From: Candidatus Zhuqueibacterota bacterium
GTDB lineage: Bacteria > Zhuqueibacterota > Zhuqueibacteria > Oleimicrobiales > Geothermoviventaceae
Assembly: GCA_034506315.1 (NCBI GenBank)
Contig: JAPDPT010000001.1
Coordinates: 128,295 to 192,294, forward strand
Reading direction: 5' to 3'
Length of the DNA: 64,000 bases
The position numbers and the translations under genes are program-made. Positions 19,081-26,945 of this stretch are shown in pieces. Below the pieces are notes generated by a model that saw only the letters and a list, made by a program, of their open reading frames with translations, did not search any database and was not told the DNA's origin. Numbering within the stretch: the first letter of the stretch is position 1; every line of letters starts with the position of its first letter.

Positions 19081-19767
19081 TCACTCCATTTTGGCGCCGA
19101 AGCCGATGACCGCGCTGACGTACAGGCCCTGGAGGTTGAAGTCGGGCATGCCGTGCACCGTGCTTTCTTCGGCCTTCCATTCGGCCTCGCCGAACGGAAG
19201 CAGATACTCGACGCGCAGGCCCAGCAACACGCCGGGGGGCTGGTCCTCCCCCGCAAATGCCATCAGGTGATCGAATTGAAGACCGAACTTCAGGAGCATC
19301 TGCCCGGAGGAAAGGCGGGCCATGAGGCGGGGATTCTCCAAGATGCGACCGAAATTCGTTTCGAGCTGAGCCGGCACGATGTTCAGCTCCATTCCGCCCC
19401 CTCCGAGGCCGGTGAGCAGGGTAAGGTTCACCAGTCTGGTCTTTCGGATCGTCAATCCCAGATCGAAGAAGCCGACACCCCCGGCAAGGCGCGCTGTGGC
19501 CGTGGAGCTCTGCCGTGTCTGCCACATTCCCCAGCCCGAGCCACCGATCAGGACGCGGTCGCCGAAGAAGGCACCCCACCCACCGATAGTCGGAAAGTCG
19601 GCGGAGAATTCCTGGTAGCCCGCCCGGGCCATGGTGTGGTTTAGGTCGTCCACTTCGAAACGGGCAGCCCCGAGGAGGATCCCTCCAAAGCCTCCTTGGC
19701 CCCAGGCTCCTTCGGACGCCATCGTGGCCAGAAGGAGGCAACCGACGAACAGGACTCCACGCCTCAT
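19081..19767 (-). CDS. Hypothetical secreted/outer-membrane beta-barrel-like protein.
   Basis: Signal peptide MRRGVLFVGCLLLATMASEGAWGQ. The Gly-rich alternating pattern is typical of small OM beta-barrels. No family was recognised. Confidence 0.5.
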   Translation of the reverse strand: MRRGVLFVGCLLLATMASEGAWGQGGFGGILLGAARFEVDDLNHTMARAGYQEFSADFPTIGGWGAFFGDRVLIGGSGWGMWQTRQSSTATARLAGGVGFFDLGLTIRKTRLVNLTLLTGLGGGGMELNIVPAQLETNFGRILENPRLMARLSSGQMLLKFGLQFDHLMAFAGEDQPPGVLLGLRVEYLLPFGEAEWKAEESTVHGMPDFNLQGLYVSAVIGFGAKME

Positions 19768-19809
19768 GGTACACCTCCCAAGTTCGCGCCCTTTGCCGTC
19801 ACTATGGGA

Positions 19810-21069
19810 TCAACCGTACCGCAGCCAGCGGACAACCTCGGGTAGGGTCGCCCGCTTGCCGATCATCAGAATCCCCACGCGGAAGATCCTCCCCACCACC
19901 CAGATGGAGGCCCACAATGCGAGAATCATGAGAACGATAGAGCTTGCGATTTGCACGAGGGACGGCGGGTCTATCGCAATACGCACGAACATAAGGATGG
20001 GCGCGAAGAATGGAATCAGGGACAGGACGACGCTTACCGTGGAGTGGGGGGCATTGATGGTGTGGAACATGGCCATGAAGGGGACCACCAGGAGCATCAC
20101 CAGGGGGTATTGCAGGCTCTGGGCCTCGGCCTCGTTGTTCACCATGGCACCCAGGGCGGCCCAGAGCGTGGAGTACAGCAGATACCCGAGCACGAAAAAG
20201 ACCACAAAGGCGGCGATCGTCCCGGGGGAAACCGTCACCCGGAATTCCTGTCCCAGCTTCGCCTGCATCCAATCCCCCCCAAGCACGAAAACAGCGAGCA
20301 GGATGACCACCCAGAGGAAATACTGGAGCAAGCCCGCGGAGCCCACCCCGAGGATCTTACCCGCCATAAGCTGGCCGGGGCGGACAAGGGACAGGATGAT
20401 CTCCACCGCACGGGAGCTCTTGTCCTCGATGACAGCCCGCAGGACGGACGTGCCGTAAAGAATGATGGTCATGTAGAGAGACAGGACCATAAGATAAACC
20501 ACCAGGAACTCGACGCCACCACTGCGTTCCTCGGCCCCCGCTTTCTGTACCTTGAAGGTCCGCAGAGGTAGCGGGTGCATCAGGCTGAGCACGGTCTGAG
20601 GATCCAGCCCCTTTTGCAGAAGCCGTAATTCAATCACCCCGGACGAGATCCGGGCGCGCACTGCTTCATTGCGTTCAAAGCTGGAGATGTTTTTCGCGTA
20701 GAGCTCCATCGGGGTGGCGGGTCCGCCGATCGCCCCCGCCGGCACGACCACCACGCCTTCGAGTTGATTGCGCCGTATCTGCCCCAGAAGATCTTCCCGT
20801 AGTCGGGGCAATTCGGTTGAGTCGCAGCGGTAGATCTGAAAGCGATACTGCCCGCCTGCGCCAAGCAGAGAACTCGCCTCCGTCAGCCTGCCGGTCAGGT
20901 CGACGACGGCTATGCGGTGCTCCTTGCCCGCGCTCAGGCGCATGAACAGAGCGGGAAGCACGCTCATCCCGACGACGAGCACGGGGAAGAGAATGGCACC
21001 GATCCAGAAGCCCTTGCCCCGGATCCTCTGGAGCAATTCCTTACGCACGAGAACGAGCACGGGCCTCAC
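19810..21069 (-). CDS. ABC-2 family transporter permease (NatB-like: N-terminal TM, large extracytoplasmic domain, C-terminal 5-TM bundle).
   Basis: 419 aa with hydrophobic C-terminal segments and the typical ABC-2 topology. The gene overlaps the upstream ATPase gene by 4 nt. Confidence 0.75.
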   Translation of the reverse strand: MRPVLVLVRKELLQRIRGKGFWIGAILFPVLVVGMSVLPALFMRLSAGKEHRIAVVDLTGRLTEASSLLGAGGQYRFQIYRCDSTELPRLREDLLGQIRRNQLEGVVVVPAGAIGGPATPMELYAKNISSFERNEAVRARISSGVIELRLLQKGLDPQTVLSLMHPLPLRTFKVQKAGAEERSGGVEFLVVYLMVLSLYMTIILYGTSVLRAVIEDKSSRAVEIILSLVRPGQLMAGKILGVGSAGLLQYFLWVVILLAVFVLGGDWMQAKLGQEFRVTVSPGTIAAFVVFFVLGYLLYSTLWAALGAMVNNEAEAQSLQYPLVMLLVVPFMAMFHTINAPHSTVSVVLSLIPFFAPILMFVRIAIDPPSLVQIASSIVLMILALWASIWVVGRIFRVGILMIGKRATLPEVVRWLRYG

Positions 21070-21980
21070 GGCTCAACCTCCGAAGCAGCGCCCTTCACCA
21101 CAGTGATGAAGATTTCGTTCAGGCTGGGCTCGCGCACCTCAAAGCGGCGGACCTCCACGTCGGAAACCGCGCGCTGCAGGATCTGGTGGGGAGACACACC
21201 CCTGGCGGGCCGAATCTCCACGTAGTGGCCATAATCGTCGTAGCCGGCCACCAACGACCTGTCCTCCAAGAAGTGCGGCGTACCGTCGTAGGCCAGAATT
21301 ACGCGCTGTTCCCCAAAACGCTTCTTCACATCGGGGACCGTGCCCACAAGGACTGCCCGCCCGTGATTGATGAGGCAGATGTCGTCGCAGAGTTTTTCCA
21401 CCTGCTCCATCTGGTGGGTGGAGAGGATGACTGTCGTGCCTCTCTTCACAAGCTCAAGGATGGCGTCTTTGGCCTCGGTGGCGCTCACCGGGTCCAATCC
21501 CGCAAAGGGTTCGTCGAGGATCACAAGTTCAGGCTCGTGCAAGATGGCGCCAATGAGCATCACCTTTTGCTGCATACCCTTGGAGAGCTGTTCGCCGCGC
21601 TTCTTGCCCCAGCCGCCTAAGCCAAAGCGCTCCAGCCAGAGCTGAATCCGCCTGCGCGCCTCCGCCCGGCTCAACCCTCGCAGGACTGCCAGCAGCTCGA
21701 GTACCTCCTCCACCGGAACCTTCGGATACAGCCCCCTCTCTTCTGGGAGGTAGCCTACCCTGTGAAGCACTCCATCATGGTTCGGCTTCCCCAATACGCG
21801 GATCTCCCCGCTGTCCGGCCCAATGATGTTCATCACCATGCGAATGGTGGTCGTCTTGCCGGCCCCGTTCGGGCCAAGGAGCCCGAAAACTTTCCCCTCC
21901 TCCACTGTGAGCGAGAGGTCTGAGACGGCCTGCACCTCTCCGAAGGCCTTGCTGACGCCGCGAAGCGAAAGAACTTCCAC
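21066..21980 (-). CDS. ABC transporter ATP-binding protein.
   Basis: Walker A GLLGPNGAGKTTTIRM, signature LSKGMQQKVMLIGAI, and Walker B LVILDEPFAGLD. Confidence 0.9.
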   Translation of the reverse strand: MEVLSLRGVSKAFGEVQAVSDLSLTVEEGKVFGLLGPNGAGKTTTIRMVMNIIGPDSGEIRVLGKPNHDGVLHRVGYLPEERGLYPKVPVEEVLELLAVLRGLSRAEARRRIQLWLERFGLGGWGKKRGEQLSKGMQQKVMLIGAILHEPELVILDEPFAGLDPVSATEAKDAILELVKRGTTVILSTHQMEQVEKLCDDICLINHGRAVLVGTVPDVKKRFGEQRVILAYDGTPHFLEDRSLVAGYDDYGHYVEIRPARGVSPHQILQRAVSDVEVRRFEVREPSLNEIFITVVKGAASEVEP

Positions 21981-22268
21981 GCTCAGCCTCCCTTCTACTC
22001 CGCTTCATCCCACGTCAGGCTTGCCCAACTTTACGAAAGAAGTTAGGCATCTGTTGCATCGAATTCAACCGTTATCGGCTATCTGCAAGCGGTTCGCGCT
22101 GTTTGCGTGTGGCCCTCGGCAAAATCCAAACTCAGATCCGCGCCGCCAGAAATGTCCGGAGGAAGTTTGACCTACCGGCCCTCTCTCGCCTGGGCTCCCA
22201 ATGCTTTCAGCGCCGGAAAACCATCGGACGACCGTGAATGCCTTGCAACGTGTCGCCTGCCGAACTAA

Positions 22269-22286
22269 ATTAGGGTCGACACTAAT
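22269..22286. promoter_or_regulatory. 18-bp near-perfect palindrome (ATTAGgGTCGACaCTAAT), a candidate operator about 60 nt upstream of the PmoA-family gene.
   Basis: Read directly: 16 of 18 positions are self-complementary around a central GTCGAC. It lies in the only AT-richer stretch of the 22.0-22.35 kb divergent intergenic region. Confidence 0.3.
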
Positions 22287-22346
22287 CCTTCCGACGAACC
22301 GTGGAATAGGCACCGAGTCCGGACGGCACGAGAGGAGGACCTTCCA

Positions 22347-23486
22347 ATGCAGATCGTGTGGACGACGCGGGGGAAAGACCTCATCTCCGTTCTGACTGCG
22401 AAGGTTCACATGGGCCAAAACGTGGGCTGGCTTGTAGCCTTTGGGATCCTCCTCGGCACGGGTTCGATCCCTGCCCGCTCCGACGAGTCTCGACGGCCCG
22501 TGCGCTTTCTCGAAAAGGAGGGGGCGGTGGAGGTCTACATCGGACAGCAGCTGTTCACCGTCTTCAGGCCGGGTGGTGTGTTGAACCGGGTGCGCCTGAC
22601 CAGGCCGACCCTGTGGCCCGTTCTGTCTCCCCGTGGAGCACCCGTCACTCGCTGCTGGCCCCTTGGCGACTGTGGCCGCGAAGAGCCCACGGATCATGCC
22701 CACCACCAGGGGATCTGGCTGGCCTACGGACGCATCGTAGTGGGCGAGAGGGATACCCTGGACACGTGGGCCGTCTACAGGCCGCTTCCCGATGGGCCGC
22801 CGTCCAGCACCCGCTATCGCCCAGGGGAACGGGGAATCGTGACTTGCGACCGCGTCAGTGTGGACAAAGCCGGAGCGGAGATCTTCGCCTCCTGCACCTG
22901 GCTGTCGGAGACGAGCGGTAAGCCTTTTCTGGTCGAAGAGCGCACGATGCACTTCTCCGGAGGGCAGGGTTGGCGTGCCGTGGACTTCCTCTTCCGCCTG
23001 CGCACTTTGGACCTTCCCGTGGAATTTCTGGACTCGAAAGAGGGCTTCTTCGGCTTGCGCGTTGGGCCTGACCTGGCAGAGTCGGAAGCCGAAGAGACAG
23101 CGTCGTCCTCCAGCCGCCCTCGATCCTCTGGATTCTTCGCTCCAGGTGGAGCCGCGGGCGAAGCGCAAGTTTGGGGCAAGAGGTTCCCCTGGGTGGCCCT
23201 GAAGGGCACCTTGAGCTCCGGCGAACCCATGACCCTCGCCCTGATGGACCATCCGGATAATGTGAACCATCCTGCCCCCTGGATGGCCCGCGGCTACGGA
23301 CTGTTTGCGGTTGATCCCTTCGGAACGGGGGAGTTCACGGAGGGACGGGACCGCTTGCATTTCCGGCTTCCCGCGGGTGGCTCGGTCACGTTCCAATACC
23401 GACTCCAGCTTTGGTCCCGACACCTGAGCCCGGAGAAGGTCGAAGAGGCTTACCGCCATTATGTGCGGGACACTCGGCCGTGGTGA
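22347..23486 (+). CDS. PmoA-family protein (DUF6807).
   Basis: RBS AGGAGG lies 8 nt before ATG 22347. A hydrophobic N-terminal segment is present. WPLGDCGREEPTDHAHHQGIWLAYGRIVVGERDTLDTW matches the conserved DH.HH.G.W core of DUF6807/PmoA-like proteins. Confidence 0.65.
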   Translation: MQIVWTTRGKDLISVLTAKVHMGQNVGWLVAFGILLGTGSIPARSDESRRPVRFLEKEGAVEVYIGQQLFTVFRPGGVLNRVRLTRPTLWPVLSPRGAPVTRCWPLGDCGREEPTDHAHHQGIWLAYGRIVVGERDTLDTWAVYRPLPDGPPSSTRYRPGERGIVTCDRVSVDKAGAEIFASCTWLSETSGKPFLVEERTMHFSGGQGWRAVDFLFRLRTLDLPVEFLDSKEGFFGLRVGPDLAESEAEETASSSSRPRSSGFFAPGGAAGEAQVWGKRFPWVALKGTLSSGEPMTLALMDHPDNVNHPAPWMARGYGLFAVDPFGTGEFTEGRDRLHFRLPAGGSVTFQYRLQLWSRHLSPEKVEEAYRHYVRDTRPW

Positions 23487-23599
23487 GCGCGAGGAAGGGT
23501 ACGGCCCACCCCTCGTGTCCGCCCGTCCCTTGTGACGTCTCGCAAGCACGGAAGCGGAGGATGGCGATTGCCGTCCGCAAGTGAAGCGGGAGGAGAGCG

Positions 23600-23914
23600 A
23601 TGCCGTTCACAGGAAAAGAGGATCACTCCATCAGTCTCCAGGAAGCCAGCAAGCTCACGGCGAACTATCGGCGCCGGGCAGGCGAAAAGGCCGTCCTCGG
23701 TGGCTACTTCGGGCGGGAGGCCATTGAGCGGATCCTTGCCCAGGAGCGGTGCGTCGGGATCCGTTACTACTTCGCCGAGACCGACAAGGGTCAGCCAACG
23801 GTCGTACTGGTTGGGGTGGACGAGAAAGGCGAGGATCTGGTAGAGGGATTCCTGGCCGAGGTTTCCTGGCCGTGCCCTCCATATTGCGGGAGCAAGAATC
23901 CACTGACGGCATAG
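23600..23914 (+). CDS. Hypothetical small soluble protein (104 aa).
   Basis: Strong RBS GGGAGGAG lies 4 nt before ATG 23600. The composition is protein-like (..GGYFGREAIERILAQERCVGIRYYFAETDKGQPTVVLVGVDEKGEDL..). No family was recognised. It is the first gene of the signalling module. Confidence 0.5.
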   Translation: MPFTGKEDHSISLQEASKLTANYRRRAGEKAVLGGYFGREAIERILAQERCVGIRYYFAETDKGQPTVVLVGVDEKGEDLVEGFLAEVSWPCPPYCGSKNPLTA

Positions 23915-23923
23915 GAGCAGGCA

Positions 23924-24577
23924 GTGTCCATCGCCCTTTACCTGCCGAACGCCGTTTCCACGGCGTCGTCTGCACTGCCCGTGATTGCGGCGGCGGGGGT
24001 AAGGCGCCGGCTGAACCTTGAGCTCCGGGTAATTGCGGGTCTCCTGGCCCTGTACCTCTGCTCCGACCTGGCGGGCATGGTGATGGCCCTCCAGAGGATC
24101 CGCAACCTCTGGTTAGCCAATGCGGTTTCGTGGCTCGACTTCCCCGTCCTTGTCTGGGTCTTCGGGAGATGGGAAAGGGTGGAGAGTCGGAGACGAGCCC
24201 TGTTTTACCTGATCCCGGCAGGCCTTGTGCTCATGGCAGTGACCCAGGGTTTGGTGGGGAGCTTCCAGCGCTACAACTTCACGGGACGCTCCCTGCAGAG
24301 CGTGGTGGTAAGTGGGCTTGCCATCTACTCCTTGCATCAGCTTGCGATTTACGGGGAAGAAGAGCTTTGGCGTGATCCCCGGTTCTGGGTGTCCCTTGCG
24401 GTGCTGGTGGAGTTCGGAGGCTCGGTGTTCGCGTACTCCTTCGGCTTCCTCATGGAGACACGCCACATGCTTGCGATTTGGCCGCTCCATCTGCTAAGCA
24501 ACACGTTGGCCAACTTCCTTTTCGCAGGAGGTTTCCTGTGCCTACGCCGGCCTATGGTCACTGGTGGATCGCCCTGA
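23924..24577 (+). CDS. Hypothetical 6-TM integral membrane protein (possible sensor module).
   Basis: GTG start with AGGAG 8 nt upstream. It is hydrophobic throughout, with about six predicted helices. The last 40 nt overlap the kinase start in another frame. Confidence 0.5.
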   Translation: MSIALYLPNAVSTASSALPVIAAAGVRRRLNLELRVIAGLLALYLCSDLAGMVMALQRIRNLWLANAVSWLDFPVLVWVFGRWERVESRRRALFYLIPAGLVLMAVTQGLVGSFQRYNFTGRSLQSVVVSGLAIYSLHQLAIYGEEELWRDPRFWVSLAVLVEFGGSVFAYSFGFLMETRHMLAIWPLHLLSNTLANFLFAGGFLCLRRPMVTGGSP

Positions 24578-26169
24578 TCGGCACAGCCATCGTCGCTGTT
24601 CTGACCCTCGGCTTGCTTTCCACCCTGCTGATCGCCAACCGCCGACTCCGCGAAGAACGTGATTTTGGCGACTCCATTTTGCAGGAGGCCCCGGCGGCGA
24701 TCGCGGTGCTCGACTTGCGCGGCCGGATCTTGCGCGTCAATGATCAGCTGTGCGAGCTTGTAGGGCGTGAGCCGGATTCCATGGAAGGGCGATCCTTCCA
24801 GGAGGTCCCGGTGCTGCGCGATGTACTCGCAGGCCATTCGGCCGGGGCTGCGGAGGCCCTAGCTTCGAGCGCCGAGTTCGAACATCAGGTCCTCGACGCC
24901 CAGGGCAGAATTCGAGAGTTTGGCTGGTCGGTGAGAACGCTGCCGAGCACCAAGGGCCCGCCACGCTGGACGGTGATTCTGGGGGTCGACCTTACCGAAA
25001 TCAAACGGCTCCAGCGTTACGTGTACGAGGCCCAGAAATTGGAAGCCGTGGGGAGACTGGCCGGCGGGATCGCGCACGACTTCAACAACATGCTGACCGC
25101 CATCCTCGCCCAATGTTACGCCCTCAACAAGCTCCTCCCCCCTGAGCATGAGACGGCGCGGCGCGCCGTACGTGCCATCGATAGCACAACCGAAAAGGCA
25201 GCGCGCCTCACCAAACAGCTCCTGGCCTTCAGCAGACAACAGGTACTCGAAGCCCGTCCGGTGCGACTGGACCAGTTGATCGAGGAGATGGGCGGGCTGA
25301 TCCGCCGGCTTGTCGGAGAGTCGGTCGAAGTGGAGCTCGAGCTGGACGGCGGCACGGGGTACATCGAGGCTGATCCGACGCAGATTGAGCGCGTCCTGAT
25401 GAACCTGATCCTCAATGCGCGCGACGCTATGCCGCGCGGCGGCAAGCTGCGCATCGCCACCTGCCACCTCTCGGAGGAACAAACGCGCCACCGTTACCCC
25501 ATCGACACCCCCCGCCACATGGTCCTCCTCACGGTCGAGGACACAGGCACCGGCATGGACCAGGCCACCCTGGCCCGCATTTTCGAGCCCTTCTTCACCA
25601 CCAAACCCCCGGGCGAAGGAACGGGGCTCGGACTATCGACGGTCTACGGCATCGTGCAACAGCTGGGAGGGTACATCTTCGTGGAAAGCCAGGTCGGCCG
25701 CGGAACCCGCTTCGACATCCTGTTTCCCCAGGCCAATGCCGTTGCCAACGAAGGTGTGGAGAAACGGGACGAAGACGGCTCTCCGCGCTTGCGTGGGCGC
25801 GTTCTCCTCGTCGAAGATGACCCGGATGTGCGCGCCATGGCCGCCGAGGCCCTGCGCGAGACCGGCTTAGCGGTGGAGGTAGCCGCGGACGGACAGGAAG
25901 CGCTCCGGAAGAGTCGGCTGAGCAACGAGCGAATCGACCTGCTCATCACCGACGTCGTCATGCCCCGAATGAGCGGCAGGGAACTTGTTGAGCGGATGCT
26001 CCTTTACCATCCCCATCTCAAGATCCTCTACATTTCTGGGCACGCAGAGGAGACCATCCGGCGTCACGGCCTCATCGAGAAAAGCGCCGAACTCCTGGCC
26101 AAGCCCTTTACCCCGGGACAATTGCAGCGCACGGTGGCCCGCGTGATGGGGAAGGTCGCTCCGGCATGA
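24538..26169 (+). CDS. Hybrid sensor histidine kinase (TM - PAS - HisKA - HATPase_c - REC).
   Basis: GTG 24538 follows a perfect AGGAGG with a 6-nt spacer. Domains read: [26 protein letters not shown]; [33 protein letters not shown]; H-box [16 protein letters not shown]; N/G boxes [35 protein letters not shown]; C-terminal receiver [12 protein letters not shown]...[14 protein letters not shown]. Confidence 0.85.
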   Translation: MPTPAYGHWWIALIGTAIVAVLTLGLLSTLLIANRRLREERDFGDSILQEAPAAIAVLDLRGRILRVNDQLCELVGREPDSMEGRSFQEVPVLRDVLAGHSAGAAEALASSAEFEHQVLDAQGRIREFGWSVRTLPSTKGPPRWTVILGVDLTEIKRLQRYVYEAQKLEAVGRLAGGIAHDFNNMLTAILAQCYALNKLLPPEHETARRAVRAIDSTTEKAARLTKQLLAFSRQQVLEARPVRLDQLIEEMGGLIRRLVGESVEVELELDGGTGYIEADPTQIERVLMNLILNARDAMPRGGKLRIATCHLSEEQTRHRYPIDTPRHMVLLTVEDTGTGMDQATLARIFEPFFTTKPPGEGTGLGLSTVYGIVQQLGGYIFVESQVGRGTRFDILFPQANAVANEGVEKRDEDGSPRLRGRVLLVEDDPDVRAMAAEALRETGLAVEVAADGQEALRKSRLSNERIDLLITDVVMPRMSGRELVERMLLYHPHLKILYISGHAEETIRRHGLIEKSAELLAKPFTPGQLQRTVARVMGKVAPA

Positions 26170-26798
26170 GGAAGGAGTACGGAAAGTGGCACTCCCGGTT
26201 AGGCGGGGAGAGCGGGATGGCCGATCCGGCCCTCGGGCCTGACTGCCTGGCCTCATACGTGGAAAGTGGCGGACCGAAGGCCGGCGTTCCACGCCGATCT
26301 TGGGGGCCGATTCTCGTGGGGTTCGCGTTTCTGGCGGGGTTTGTCGTATTCGGAATGGGACTTGCATCGACGCCAGGAGATCAAACCATGCCAGAAGCCA
26401 AGGACCACGGTTCCCCCAAGAGCCACGTCGTCCTCGTGGTGGAGGACGAGGCGGGTGTGAGAGTCCCGCTTGTGGAATTGCTGCGAGATCAGGGCTTCCT
26501 CGTCTACAGTGCAGCTGATGCCGTCGCAGCGCTGGAGGTGATCGCCGGGGCCAAGCGACCTGTGGAGCTCGTGGTTGTCGACCTGAACCTGCCCCGGTCC
26601 TCGGGCCACAGGCTTATTCGTACGCTCCTCGATCAAAACCCGCTCCTGCGCATTATCGCCGTCTCCGGTCAGCCGCCCACCGGCGAGGGCTGGGCGCTTC
26701 CGGACGGCGTCGTGTACCTGGAAAAACCCTTCCATCCCGAGGAGCTTCTGGAGGCGGTCAGACACCTCCTTTACGGGGCCCAAGCACCATGGCCGTAG
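26166..26798 (+). CDS. Membrane-anchored single-domain response regulator (TM + REC).
   Basis: The ATG overlaps the kinase stop (ATGA). TM segment ILVGFAFLAGFVVFGMGLA, then receiver HVVLVVEDEAGVRVPLVELLRDQGFLVYSAADAVAALEVIAG...VVVDLNLPRSSG. There is no output domain. Confidence 0.75.
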   Translation: MRKEYGKWHSRLGGESGMADPALGPDCLASYVESGGPKAGVPRRSWGPILVGFAFLAGFVVFGMGLASTPGDQTMPEAKDHGSPKSHVVLVVEDEAGVRVPLVELLRDQGFLVYSAADAVAALEVIAGAKRPVELVVVDLNLPRSSGHRLIRTLLDQNPLLRIIAVSGQPPTGEGWALPDGVVYLEKPFHPEELLEAVRHLLYGAQAPWP

Positions 26799-26945
26799 AT
26801 CACGGCCTGCCTGTTTGCGGCTGAGCACGACCGAACCGTGGAACACGTACGCGTGCTCTAAGTCGCGTCGGCGAGATCCGTCTCGGGTCGGCAAGGGCCC
26901 GCAACGTGAGAAGCATCTGCTACGGACTGGGCTGAGAAGCAAGCC

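Noticed and set aside
19016-19774. N-terminal 253-aa extension of the PAP2 ORF (full ORF 18245..19774).
   Set aside because: The extension is Arg/Pro/Gly-rich low-complexity sequence and overlaps the real OM beta-barrel gene (19081-19767) on the same strand in another frame. The true start was set at ATG 19015 (MPRGWWLCQ).
22065-23549. 494-aa minus-strand ORF.
   Set aside because: Antisense to the PmoA-family gene. It is Arg/Pro/Gly-rich junk with no RBS. The sense-strand gene has a strong AGGAGG and a family motif.
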